Assembly: GCA_951406725.2 (NCBI GenBank)
Contig: OX597829.1
Location: forward strand, 55,428,001-55,492,000
Reading direction: 5' to 3'
Source of the DNA: Octopus vulgaris
Taxonomy: Eukaryota
DNA: 64,000 nucleotides
Translations under genes and position numbers: made by a program
Shown: positions 52,674-64,000 of the stretch, one piece after another
Layout of the letters: each line of letters opens with the position of its first letter
Position numbering within the stretch: the first letter of the stretch is position 1
Notes under the pieces: generated by a model
Told to the model about the DNA's origin: nothing
The model's database searches: none
The model's input: only the letters and a program-made list of their open reading frames with translations

Positions 52674-52810
52674 GGGTTACAGCCGTTTCACAATCTCCAT
52701 TTGATATTAATTTCAGCTAGGAAGAAATTATGCCTACATGTTTTCAATAATATGTATGTTCAGTATTATACAATATCAATGCAAATGAAAAAAGCTAGCT
52801 CATCAGATCA
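52674..52810 (-). ncRNA. Candidate type I hammerhead ribozyme of Penelope-like style (degenerate)
   Basis: Minus strand: gat-CTGATGA-gctag…attgt-GAAA-cggctg-TA-acc. Core intact, near-palindromic stem III, imperfect stems I and II. Confidence 0.45.
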
Positions 52811-53082
52811 GCGCAATATCAGGTTTACACCGACAAGTCAACTCTTAATATACATTTCAATTTTCTTAAAATATAGACAATGTATTTTCTTTCAGTATGA
52901 TACATATATGCTATTTTAATCTGATACTGCTTCTGTTACCCCACCAACGGATATGTGTGTGCGTGCATACGTATGGTCTACATATATATGGTTCATGTGT
53001 ACAAAAAACGAATGACAAAGACAGGTGAGGGAACAAGCAGGTGTATTAGTTTGATGCTCGGAAAGAATGGGTAAATACACAC

Positions 53083-53144
<62 letters not shown>

Positions 53145-54915
53145 CTTACTGTTAATACAAGGCGGGTGGCGTTGCGTTCTGTTACTTAAATTAAAAAACG
53201 CACTACAAACAAACAAACGACATAACGTAGACCAAGTGCTCAACCGGACGGGAGACAGACAGGGAAGCCCCCCCCCCCCCCCTCCCAATTCTTCATCAGC
53301 CATCAACCAAATAGCAACATTCAGTCTCGCACCATTAATGATGAAGAATTGGGGTCCTTCTGTGTCTGCTTCCCGTCCGGTTGAGCACTCGATGTACTTT
53401 TTGTCCTTTGTTTGCAGTTCATTTTTTTTTCATTTTTTTTCTTTTATCATATATAATCTAAATTATAAGAAGACAAAAGAAATCCTTTAACACATCTTTA
53501 ATGATTCGTTACAACTGTTTCCGTACTAACTCTGCTTGCAACACCGGTTTACGCAAAAGTTCGAAATGAAAAAACTTACGTAATGTTTGCGATTTTAGAC
53601 ATTAGAGAGACACCTCGTTAGACTTGCATCAAAGGTGCCGCTTCCAGACATTGCTTCTTGGCTTATATCGGGAGGAAACAAAAAGTAAATAAAAGCGTGT
53701 CTACTGTATCATCATTACCATTTCGCTGCTCTTGGCCACCCCCATGCATCATCGGTTTCCTCTCCCCAACCCCTTTATCCATCATTCAATAATCCACACC
53801 TCAACACTTTGTTCTTTATTCATCATATTCACTCTTCACTTCCCCACATTAGTCTTACAACTGCTATCCAAACTCTCTGTTCTCCCACCCCCATTCACTT
53901 TGTGGTGCTTGCTGCATGGGTATTTGTCGGTTGGCATTAAGTCCAGCTGCGTGTTGTCCCACAATAAACCAATTACGAACAGGGTTGAAATAACATTTTG
54001 TTTTATAAAAGCAATTACAATATTCATATAATTACACAACCGTTTGCCAAAGAGCATAATATGGTGTGCTAGAACCAAACGTAGTCGTATTTAAGCAACT
54101 AACAATAGAGATTAGCTTCTCGTGAGAGCGGGAATGATGCTTGTCCATCTAACTTGAAGAATTCCTTTCAACATCTGGGCTGGACTGCAACCAAAGAAAA
54201 CTTGTCGAAGGGCTTGCTGCTTGTACTTCTGAGGATGTGTTCTCCTGAGCCTTTCTCAACCTCTGCGCTGATTCTGGCGTGCTTTAACTTTTACAGTTGC
54301 AAATACGTAAATCAAAGAACATTTTATGATTTGGGGGGAAATTTCTACAAGCTGTTTGGTCGGTAACCAGGACATGTCATCTGACTCAAGTGTGAATTAG
54401 ATCCAGCTATCAGATCTGTTAACTATTTTCCTCTCTTCCTATTTCATCCCTACCAACTCTTTCTCTACAGCAAAAAAAAAAAAAACCCCAAAAAAACCCC
54501 AAAAACCATGTTCTGCTTTGGCCTCTCTTCTCAAACTTTAACCTGTCATTTTCTAGCATAAAGCTGCCTTTCTCGGGGTTTGTGACCTCACGAGTGCCGA
54601 TGACACAAAACCACCCTATATACACAATAAAGTGGTTGGCATTAGGAAGAGCATCTAACCATAGAAACTATGCTAAAGCAGGCATTGGAGCCCAACGAAA
54701 TCCTTTGGCCCGTTGGTCCCTGTCAAATCCTCCAATCCAATCCAGCATGGAACTTGTACACACATATCATCATCATCATCATCATCATCGTCATCGTCGT
54801 CGTCATATTTATGTTTTTACAAGCTTAATAAATGTCGAAATGAAATAATATTTCGTTGTGAGTTTTTATATCTTCTTTATTCCCTTAATTGATCGAGTGA
54901 TGTACTACTTGTTGC

Positions 54916-54949
<34 letters not shown>

Positions 54950-54990
54950 CACACACACACACACACACACACGTATCTTCTTTGGGAGTA

Positions 54991-56225
54991 TTGGATTAGC
55001 GAAAAAGTTCTTTTTCAAATGGAAAATAAAACACAAGTTTTTGACACAAAGTGATTTATTCAATCGTCGATATAATTGCTGTTTAGTTTTGGTATCTTCT
55101 GCCATCTTGTGGGTAGATCCATTATTACCTACCTTTAGTGGCGAAGAATTCTTCCAGGTGAATTTTTGTATTTTCTTTAGAGTTTGTTCATCCTTCGTCA
55201 GAGTTTGCCCATTCAATGAATTTTGAAGAGGCTGAGATAGATGGGAATCTGAAAGTGCGAGGTCGAGCGTAAACGAAGGGAGCGGCAAAACTTCTCTGCC
55301 AAGCCCCAGTAATGTCTATTGTGTCTGCAAAGAAGTGTGCAGTCTAATGCCGTGATGAAGGACAATGCCCTTAAGTATTGTTACAGATGCTGCATTCAGT
55401 TTGTCCAGCTGGTCATTGTATACATCTGAATTGATGGTCCTGTCTGTGGGAAGCAGCTTGTAAAAGACAACATTCTTCCAATTCCACCAAATTCAAAGCA
55501 TAACGTTCTTTTGATGAAGTCCTGTGATGATTCCCCCCCCCCCCACTACGATCGTTTGCACTTCATATCGTTATTGATGATACACTTTTCGACCATAGTC
55601 ACCATTCTCTCTAGAACAAAAAAAAAAGCCCGTTTTCTTTACGTATTTGCATCAAATCACTGATAGATATTCATTGTGCCATATTCTTCACATTGATTTG
55701 ATGTGAGACCCAAACTTTGAGCCTGTTGTTGTAGATGGTTTTCTACACATTATTTGGATATTTGGAGAATATCTGCAATCATCCTGCAATGGGGAGGCGG
55801 GCAGCTCACGATTGACTCTTTCACTTTGTTGCTATTAATCTCAGCTAGCTGACCCGAGTGTGTTGCATCTTGAACCGAAAAATTTCCTGATCGAATTCTT
55901 GAGAGTCACTTCTAAAACATACATTTTGCAACAGCACTTACCTTTCTGCAGTTTTCCAATGCTTTCTTGCCCTTTTTTAAATACAAATAAAAAATCTGAC
56001 GTATCAATAAAGTTCGTTTCGAGGGTGATTTCAAGCACACAAAGTACAAAACAGTATTGTCGTCGTAGGTTCACTTCGAACTTACTGCCAGATATCTAAC
56101 GAGTCAGCATGCGCAGAACCAAAAACCGCGAAGGTTGTCGGTTACCTAACAAGTATGCATGAACAAAGGTGTGTGCGTGTGTGTGGGGAGGGAACGAACG
56201 AATTTTTTTTTTTTGGCCAACCTAA
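54991..56225 (-). mobile_element. Full-length but decayed mariner transposon, ~1.24 kb
   Basis: TA|TTGGATTAGCGAAAAAGTTC … TTTTTGGCCAACCTAA|TA. LPSFTLDLALSDSHLSQPLQNSLNGQT matches mariner HPPYSPDLAPSDYHLFRSLQNSLNG. Confidence 0.85.
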
Positions 56226-56281
56226 TATTTTGAACGCTTCCATGAATAAATATTGAAATGCGGATATATTTTTCTTCTCAG

Positions 56282-56420
56282 GGAAACTCAAGATCGGACG
56301 CTAATATTCAAGATTCAGTCGTTAATTGCTCAACATTTTCCGTCAGTTCGTTTCCGTGCCAGAAGTTTGTTCGTCGCTACTTGGCATGAAGTTGGATATT
56401 TCAGCCAGAAATATGACAAG
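56282..56420 (+). CDS. Next coding exon of the same NIDO-domain gene
   Basis: Acceptor atttttcttctcAG|, donor |GTgaga. First G completes CG+G (Arg), then ETQDRTLIFKIQSLIAQHFPSVRFRARSLFVATWHEVGYFSQKYDK, with the NIDO FP…F…LFVATWxxVGY motif. 139 nt, phase compatible with 2836-2975. Confidence 0.92.
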
Positions 56421-56640
56421 GTGAGAGAATTTTTATTAACATCTATAACTTGATAAAATGTCTTTTAAGTGAAACTAAAGCTTCTAATAATGCTTAAAAT
56501 ATTCAATAGATTCCATCTGAAATATCAACATGGATAAAAAATTATTTATTGATCTTTTTTTTTCAGTACTTTTAATATTTGCACCAAAGTATTTAATTTC
56601 TTTGTACACACACACACACGTATACATATATCCTTATACA

Positions 56641-56758
56641 GGCGGTGAACCAATACTCAGACAAGTACAAGAGTACGTCCTCATTAATGAAACGCCCTCA
56701 CCCTAACTCTAAACTTAACCCCCGAAAACGGGTGGTGTGCGCATTCTTTACCTTCGTC
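56641..56758. mobile_element. 118-bp GG-ended MITE-like insert with CCCTAA-like repeats
   Basis: Flanking direct repeat (C/T)CTTATACA at 56632-56640 and 56759-56767, ends GGCG…CGTC, internal ccctcaccctaactctaaacttaaccc. Confidence 0.55.
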
Positions 56759-56783
56759 TCTTATACACACACACATACATATA

Positions 56784-57297
56784 ACGTAAATCCTCGAGTA
56801 TAGTCTGCCCTTGAGTATAATACGCAGGGAATTTTTAGAGGGCTGTACCTCTGAAAAACCTAAACCTTGTGTATAATACGCACCCCTTCTCTAACTTGAG
56901 TCAAGGAGGTCTATATAATGTCCTTGTTTTGTAAAAATGTATACGGTAACGTCCTTTATTATTATTGTACATATAACATAATGCAAACGTGGAGCTTTTT
57001 TGTGCATTTTGTTTGCAGAAAATAAAGAAATAACAGTAATAACGTTTAATAAATGTTGCTTACTGCAAGTTATGGATAATTCTTTTATGACTTCATTGCT
57101 TTCAGGCTTAGCTTAAAGTATTTTCGTACCCGGCATCACAAAATGCGTCTGAATAAACATTGCCGGACAGCAAATAGATACTCGGACATTGCTCTTAGAA
57201 AATAATTTTCATTTTTAACCTTGTATATAGTACGCACTAGGGATTTTGGCCATTAAATTCTGGGAAAAAAATGCCCATTATACTCGAGGATTTACAG
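56784..57297. mobile_element. Tc1/mariner-superfamily (Tc2/pogo-like) non-autonomous element
   Basis: TA|ACGTAAATCCTCGAGTATA … TATACTCGAGGATTTACAG|TA, with subterminal gtataatacgca repeats. Confidence 0.88.
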
Positions 57298-58072
57298 TAT
57301 ATAGTTGAAAAATATCGTTATAGGTATAAAAATACCATAAACAATTATAGAAAAATGGAGGAGAAAAAGATGAATCAAAATTAGATTTAATACAAAATAT
57401 TTTGGATACGTATATGGACAGGTAGATATACAGATAGGTACATAGGTAATTCAGACAGATGGGCACACATACATTCAAATGAAGACTGAAACACATGACC
57501 ATATACAAACATGCACACTTAACACAAGGACGCATACAGAGACACACATTCATACATAACAGATGCACATACATAGTCACACAAACGCACACACAAACGC
57601 ACAAGGAGACAGGTACACCCACATACACACACGCACATACATACAAACACACAAACATGGACGCAAATACACACACAAACACACACACATATAGATATGC
57701 AGAATACATACATACATATATATATGCATAGACACATACATACATAAATACATGTGTATGCTCACAAACTGACACATCCGTATGCGCAGTAAAAAAAAAG
57801 CAGTTCTGATAACGGACATTTAACGACTATTGAAAAGGTTGCAAGGCACAATGAGAATTTCAATAAATATAAATAAGTAAAAAAGAATGGAAATCAGACC
57901 AGTGAGTGTGTTAAATTAATAAGGCACTAAAAGACAATGACACTCCCCATATACAATAATATATGCTTCAACACACGAATTCACATAAAGAATCTTGCAA
58001 AAACGAAATATATATGTGTGTGTGTGTGTGTTTGTACATACACACACACATGTATATACTACACACATATCT

Positions 58073-59795
58073 CATCATCATTTAAGTTCGTTTTCCGTGC
58101 TGGCATGGGTTGGACGGGTTGACAGGAGCTAGCCTGCCAGAGAGCTGTACCAGGCTCCAGCTATCTGTTTTGGCATGGTTTCTTTTGCATGATGTCCTTC
58201 CTAATGCTAACCACTTTATAGAGTGTAGTGGATGCTCTTTATGTGGTACCAGCACCAGTGCTACTGGCACCAGCATGGGTGCTATTCATGTGGCACCAGC
58301 ACAAGTGCTTTTTTGTGTGGCACTGGCACAAGTGCCTTTTTGTGTGGCACTAGCATGGGTGCTTTTACATGATGCTGAAACAGGTACTTTTTGCATGGCA
58401 CCAGCACATGCGAGAGAAGAAGTGGTGGGGCATGGCTGTAAAGGACATGCTGCATTTGTAGACGGCCATGATTTTATTTACCTTGATGTGTCTTCTCAAG
58501 CTCAGCAAATTGCCAGAGGTCCTGGTCCCTTGTTATCTCAAAGGCCCATCGTTTTAAGACCATTTCTTACCACTTCACCCCATGACTTCCTGCGTCTACC
58601 CCTTCCACAGGTCCACTCCACAATTAGTAATTGGCATTTTTTAAACACTGTCCTCATCCATACACATCTTATGACCAGTCTTCTCTCTTGCACACCACAT
58701 CTGATGTCTCTTATACCCAGTTTTCCTCTTAAACCATTTACACTCTGTTGTGTGTGTGTGCACACTGACATTACTCATCCAGTGGAGCATGCTAGCTTCA
58801 TTTCTTTCAACCCTTCACAAGTCCTCTGTAGTCAAAGCCCATGTGTCACTGCCATGTAGCATAGCTGTACATACACAGGCATCATACAATCTGTCTTTCA
58901 TTCTGAGGGAGAGGCTCTGAGTTACCAACAAAGGTAGAAGCTTTCTGAACTTTGCCCAGCCTGTTCTTATTCTAACAACTATGCTTTCAGAACTTCTCCC
59001 CCCCTACTGCTAACTTGGTCAGCTAGGTAACAGAAGCTATCTACTACTTCTAAGGATCCCACCGGATGTTTAAGGAAGTCATTTCTCTGTACATTCTTAG
59101 TGTTTATTGTACCTGCACATCTGGTACACACAAAGATTATTTCTCTGTTAACCTTCCTGTTACACCACTGCACCTCTTATATATCCACAGCTCACTGCTT
59201 TCCTACTTACTAGGACTTTGATCTTTGCTAAATTAACTCTAAGGTCCCTAGATTCGAGACTTGCTTCCTCACCCAAAATTTCCTCTCTGGTTCAGGTATT
59301 GATTCAGCTATAAAAACAAAGCCATCAGTGTAGAGGGACTTCTCCATATCAACAAAAGCCAAGTACAGAAGTTTATTTTAGGCTAAAGACCTCTCCTGCA
59401 GATGCCTTACCAGAAATATAGCATCAGCAGTGCTTCTCCCTGGTACAAATCAAACTGCATCTCATCTAAGCAAACTCTCTTCCTAATTAATTAAGCTATG
59501 GCCCTCTCTCCAACTTTCATCACCTGGTCCAGCAATTTGATATCACTGTAATTATTTCTGTCTGAGACATCACCTTATTTTTGTAGTAGTTGCTACACCA
59601 GTTGTTGGGCATGACTCCCTTGTGGGTAACCTGATTACTGTTGAATAGACTATATTCCAATCTGCCAGATATTTTTAAGCATCTCAGTGGAGATTCCTGA
59701 TGGGCCGGAGGCTTTCTCTGTCTTCATATTTTTAATTGCTTTATCTACTATGCTGCTGTCAATTCAGCTAGCTGGTCCCTATGCCTTCTCAACAT
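58073..59795 (-). mobile_element. 5'-truncated, decayed RTE-clade LINE
   Basis: Minus-strand LEVVDSFCYL, GRGRRRKSWGEVV, YLAFVDMEK and QFD…GRSTADAIFLVR remnants. 3' UTR ends in (ATG)n. Confidence 0.88.
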
Positions 59796-59819
59796 TTAGC
59801 AGCCTTTCATAGTGACACT

Positions 59820-59883
<64 letters not shown>

Positions 59884-60079
59884 CTTATATATACACCATT
59901 CTGCTTAAATAATGGAACTGCAGATACAATATCCTTGCTTATCTCACGTCTGTTTTCATTCCTCCACTTCACTCTGTATTTCATATCTTCTCTAGAATAA
60001 CTATTACTGAAACATATTCTCTTTATAAATGTACTGAAAACTATTCACAGCCTTAGATTTTTTTTATCTCATTCTGTTA

Positions 60080-60132
<53 letters not shown>

Positions 60133-60532
60133 GATATATAAGCACCTTTTGAGCATTGGGCTTCTCAAAGGTAATGTGGCCAATGCTAGTGTTGTGGAAC
60201 TAGCATTTATATATATATATATATATATATATACATAGATATATAAGCACCTTTGGCAATGTGCTGTGCTTGAGAAGGAAGATCCATCAAGCCAAGTGAA
60301 ATTGTAGTCATGGCAGATATTGGTGCCATGCAACTGGCACCCATGCAGGTGGCACATAAAAGCTTTCATTACACTCTTGGAGTGGTTGGCATTAGGAAGG
60401 GCGTCCAGCTGTAGAAACCATGCCAAATCAGACTGAAATCTGGTGCTACCTCTCAGCTTACCAGCCCTGGTCAAACCATCCAACCAATGCCAGCATAGAC
60501 AATGGATGTTAAATGATGATGATTATATATAT

Positions 60533-60665
60533 GTAACTAGCAGTATCGCCCGGCGTTGCTCGGGTTTGTAAGGGAAATAACTATATAAGCATTTTTAGAG
60601 ATGTAAAGTATAATAGCCATCACAATATGGCTAACCACAACGGAGGGGGGGTGTTACTGTAGCTT
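60533..60665 (-). mobile_element. Helitron-like 3' terminal fragment
   Basis: Minus strand ends CCCGAGCAACGCCGGG (GC hairpin)-cgatactg-CTAG|T, the canonical hairpin plus CTRR terminus. Confidence 0.7.
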
Positions 60666-60743
60666 TGCCACCTCTCAGCTTACCAGCCCTGGTCAAACCA
60701 TCCAACCAATGCCAGCATAGACAATGGATGTTAAATGATGGTG

Positions 60744-60775
<32 letters not shown>

Positions 60776-60777
<2 letters not shown>

Positions 60778-61310
60778 GCAGTGGGGGAGGAATTTCTGAA
60801 AGCATAGTTGCTAGGATAAGAACAGGCTGGGCAAAGTTCAGAGAGCTTCTACCTTTTTTGGTAACTAAGGGCCTCTCCCTCAGAATGAAAGACAGATTGT
60901 ATGATGCCTGTGTACACACAGCTATGCTACATGGCAGTGACACATGGGCTTTGACTACAGAGGAGTTGTGAAGGATTGAAAGAAATGAATCTAGCAAGCT
61001 CCACTGGATGTGTAATGTCAGTGTGCACACACACACACAACAGAGTGTAAATGGCTTAAGAGGAAAACTTGGTATGAGAGGCATCAGATGTGGTGGGCAA
61101 GAGAGAAGACTGTGCTGGTATGGTCATGTGATGTGTGTGGATGGGGACAGCTGTGTAAAGAAGTACTGAGTTCTAACTGGGGAGGGTACCTGTGGAAGGG
61201 GTAGACCCAGGAAGGCATGGGACGAAGTGGTGAGAAAGGATCCTCAGATGCTGGACCTTACTGAGGAATTGACAAGGGACCAGGCATTTTGGTGATTTGC
61301 CATACTTTGA
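60776..61310 (+). mobile_element. RTE LINE fragment, same family as 58073-59795, opposite orientation
   Basis: SGGGISESIVARIRTGWAKFRELLP…RLYDACVHTAMLHGSDTW…LCWYGHVM…GRGRPRKAWDEVV. Confidence 0.9.
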
Positions 61311-61815
61311 ACAAAGTGTGTGTGTGCATGCATGCTGACAGACACACATTTATAGGATAGAAAGAGAGAGTGAGGTGTTGGCGGAAGTTACAACATGCTG
61401 AAGGAAGTGGGATGACTTTAGATGAGGTGATGGGGTAAGTGATGGGATGCCTAGTAGAACAGATATATTATTGAGAGGAAGGGATAGCCGAGAGAGATTA
61501 ACATAGGGGGCAGAGGAGGAAGAGGATGGATTACTATGTGCACGCAAAGCAGTGAACTAAACAAGAGTGAAGGCTTCTGTTCACAGAATTCAGCAGACAT
61601 GGCTGTGTGGCAAAAAGTCATGCTTTCCAACAACTACACGGTTCTAGGTTCAGTCTCACAAAGTGGCACTTTGGGCAAATGTCTCTATAACGTTGAGCTG
61701 ACAAAATCTTTGAGAGTAGATTTGGTAGGCGGAAACTAAAAGAAACCTGTCCATCTCATGCCAGCATGGAAAACAGACATTAAATGATTGTAATGTGTTT
61801 GTTGCATGTGTATAA

Positions 61816-61889
<74 letters not shown>

Positions 61890-61963
61890 AATAAAATAAA
61901 ATATATGCATATATATGTATATATGTATTTATATAAATATACAAGTATATATTTATATATATG

Positions 61964-61996
<33 letters not shown>

Positions 61997-62990
61997 ATAT
62001 CCATAGCCTTACCAACACAGACATATCTGCTGAATTCTATAAATAGGAACCTTCATTTTTGTTTAGTTCAGTGATTTGTGTGTGCATAGTAATTAATCCA
62101 CTGTGTGTGTGTGTGTGTGTGTGTGTGTATACTGGAGGTAAGTGCGAAGGGAAGGACCAGAAAGGGAGAAATAAATGAGTATGGCAAGGAATTCAGTGAG
62201 AGCCACTGAAGGTTCGGGGGGGGGGGAGTCAGAAGGGGTGTGGAGGGAAGGACAGAGAGAGAGAGAGAGAGAAACGAAGTAGGGGTTGAGGAGTAATGTG
62301 TAAGTAGAGGGAGCAATGAGGGGAAAGAAGGGCTAGAGGATATTAGGAAGGCAGAGGGAAGAACAGTGGAAGATGTAGAGAATGCATTTCAAGAAGGGAA
62401 ATTTTGGGGAGAAGCAGAATGTGAATGCAAGGAAAAGAGGCCAGTGTGGGCAGTGAGAAAGGAGCGGCGTTACCATTCAGTGATCACAGTTGGAAGAGTG
62501 AAAGAAAGGATGAAGGGTACCGTAGAGGTGTGAGGACAAATAGTGAAATAAAGGCAAGACTAAGGGTATTGAATGGCAGTAGAAGTAACTAGAGAGAGAG
62601 AGAGAGTGAGAGAGTGTGTGTGTGTGTGTGTGCTGGTTGTTTGTACAAGACAGTTGTAATGAATGCTGGGTAGGAAGAGGTGAGGGTAGTCTAGTGCAAC
62701 CTTTTATACATGGACCTAGAGAAGGATGAGATGTATAGAATGAAATGGATGAGGATGAGGATGATGATGCAGTCTGTCTTGGTAGATGAGAATCATGGAG
62801 GGGAAAGCGAAGGAACAGTAATGCTGGCTTGGCCTGAAACGAAAGTGTATCGGCATTAGGAATGGCATCCAGCCATAGAAACTGTGTCCAAAACAAATAA
62901 CTGGAGCTAGATACCGCCCTCTGGCTTTACCAGCTCCTATCAAACCATTCAACTCATGCCAGCATGGAAAACAGATGATGATGATATATA

Positions 62991-63754
62991 CCTGTTGGCT
63001 CTCCTCCTGCAACTCAACTTGATTTCAAACCAGGTCGTCTGCTGCTGGAGAGGACCGATCAGGTAAAGGACCTGGGTATCTTGGTGGATTCCTCCTTTTC
63101 GCCTTCGGCCCAGTGCGTCCATGCTGCCAACAAAGCACGTGGAATTCTGTTCTTGATTCGACGGTCATTTGGAATGCTCACAGCAGCCATATTCCTACCG
63201 CTCTATGTCACGCTGGTGAGACCCATATTGGAGTACGGGATTCAAGCCTCTTCTCCTTATCTCCTCAAAGACATACAGTACCTCGAAAGAGTCCAGAAGC
63301 TGGCTACCCACATGGTTCTTGGTCTCAAGCATTTGTCTTATGAAGAAAGGCTAAGGACGCTCGACCTTTATTCTCTAGAAAAATGACGATGCCGTGGAGA
63401 TCTCATTCTTGCTCACAACATCATAAGCGGAAAGTGTAACCTCTCGAAAGAGCTGTTCTTCACTCCTGCTCCAGAGCGTCGGCTGTGGGGTCATTCCGAA
63501 AAGCTCTATCTGCGACGATTTCATCTCAATCGAAGGAGAAGGGCTTTCTCTGTCCGGGTTGCCGATCCGTGGAATAAGCTGCCAGACGAGATGGTGAAGA
63601 TGCCGATGACCGCTCGGTTCAAAGTCTCCCTTGACCTCAGGTGGCCTGAAGTCTTTACATGAACACCACCCTGTACATAACTCCATGCCCCCCTACATGG
63701 CCTTGCTTTTTGCTTTTTGAGCCAAAAAATTAACTAACTAACTAACTAACTAAC
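62991..63754 (+). mobile_element. 3' portion of a CR1-clade LINE with a (TAAC)n tail
   Basis: KDLGILVDS…LYVTLVRPILEY…LERVQKLAT…YEERL…RGDLI…FSVRVADPWNKLP. One premature stop; (TAAC)6 tail. Confidence 0.93.
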
Positions 63755-63757
63755 ATA

Positions 63758-63916
63758 CGAAAAGCTCTATCTGCGACGATTTCATCTCAATCAAAGGAGA
63801 GGAGCTTTCTCCGTCCGGGTTGCGGATCCATGGAATAAGCTGCCGGATGAGATAGTGAAGATGCCGACGACCGCTTGGTTCAAAGTCTCCCTTGACTAAC
63901 TAACTAACTAACTAAC
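63758..63916 (+). mobile_element. Second short CR1 piece, joined directly to (TAAC)n
   Basis: 63758-63896 repeats 63497-63635 with about 11 mismatches in 139 nt. Confidence 0.9.
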
Positions 63917-64000
63917 ATATGTGTGTATATATATGTATATATATATATGGTGGTATCTAAAACACTATTGTGTGTAGGAATATTTTTCTGTAATGGATGA

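Larger units (their letters stand above)
2976..56281 (+). other. Predicted GT-AG phase-2 intron, 53,306 nt
   Basis: Defined by the two phase-matched NIDO exons, whose junction reads continuously as VYYRETQD. Confidence 0.85.

Noticed and set aside
58110-58859. 249-aa + strand ORF
   Set aside because: Antisense to the RTE LINE 3' end and UTR, with no independent protein signature.

Overview
AT-rich, microsatellite- and transposon-dense animal DNA. The SINE/LINE repertoire and simple-repeat load suggest an octopus (coleoid cephalopod); this is an inference. I can support only two host coding exons, both on + (2836-2975 and 56282-56420). They splice in frame (…GRVYY-R-ETQDR…) into a NIDO domain of the nidogen/alpha-tectorin/SNED1 class, so most of the window is one ~53.3 kb intron. 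The rest is decayed non-LTR retrotransposons (Dong/R4-like, HERO-like, RTE, CR1, Tx1-like), at least three tRNA-derived SINE families, a 5S rRNA pseudogene, mariner and Tigger remnants, a Helitron end and several MITEs with clear TIRs/TSDs. The long ORFs in the track are microsatellite artefacts. Most notable: a seven-helix RNA at the 3' end of the HERO-like element (40581-40698) that holds the hammerhead core strands in a non-circular, pseudoknotted order; a Penelope-type hammerhead candidate (52674-52810, minus); GG-ended MITEs with telomere-like cores; and a CpG-depleted domain at about 35-49 kb.
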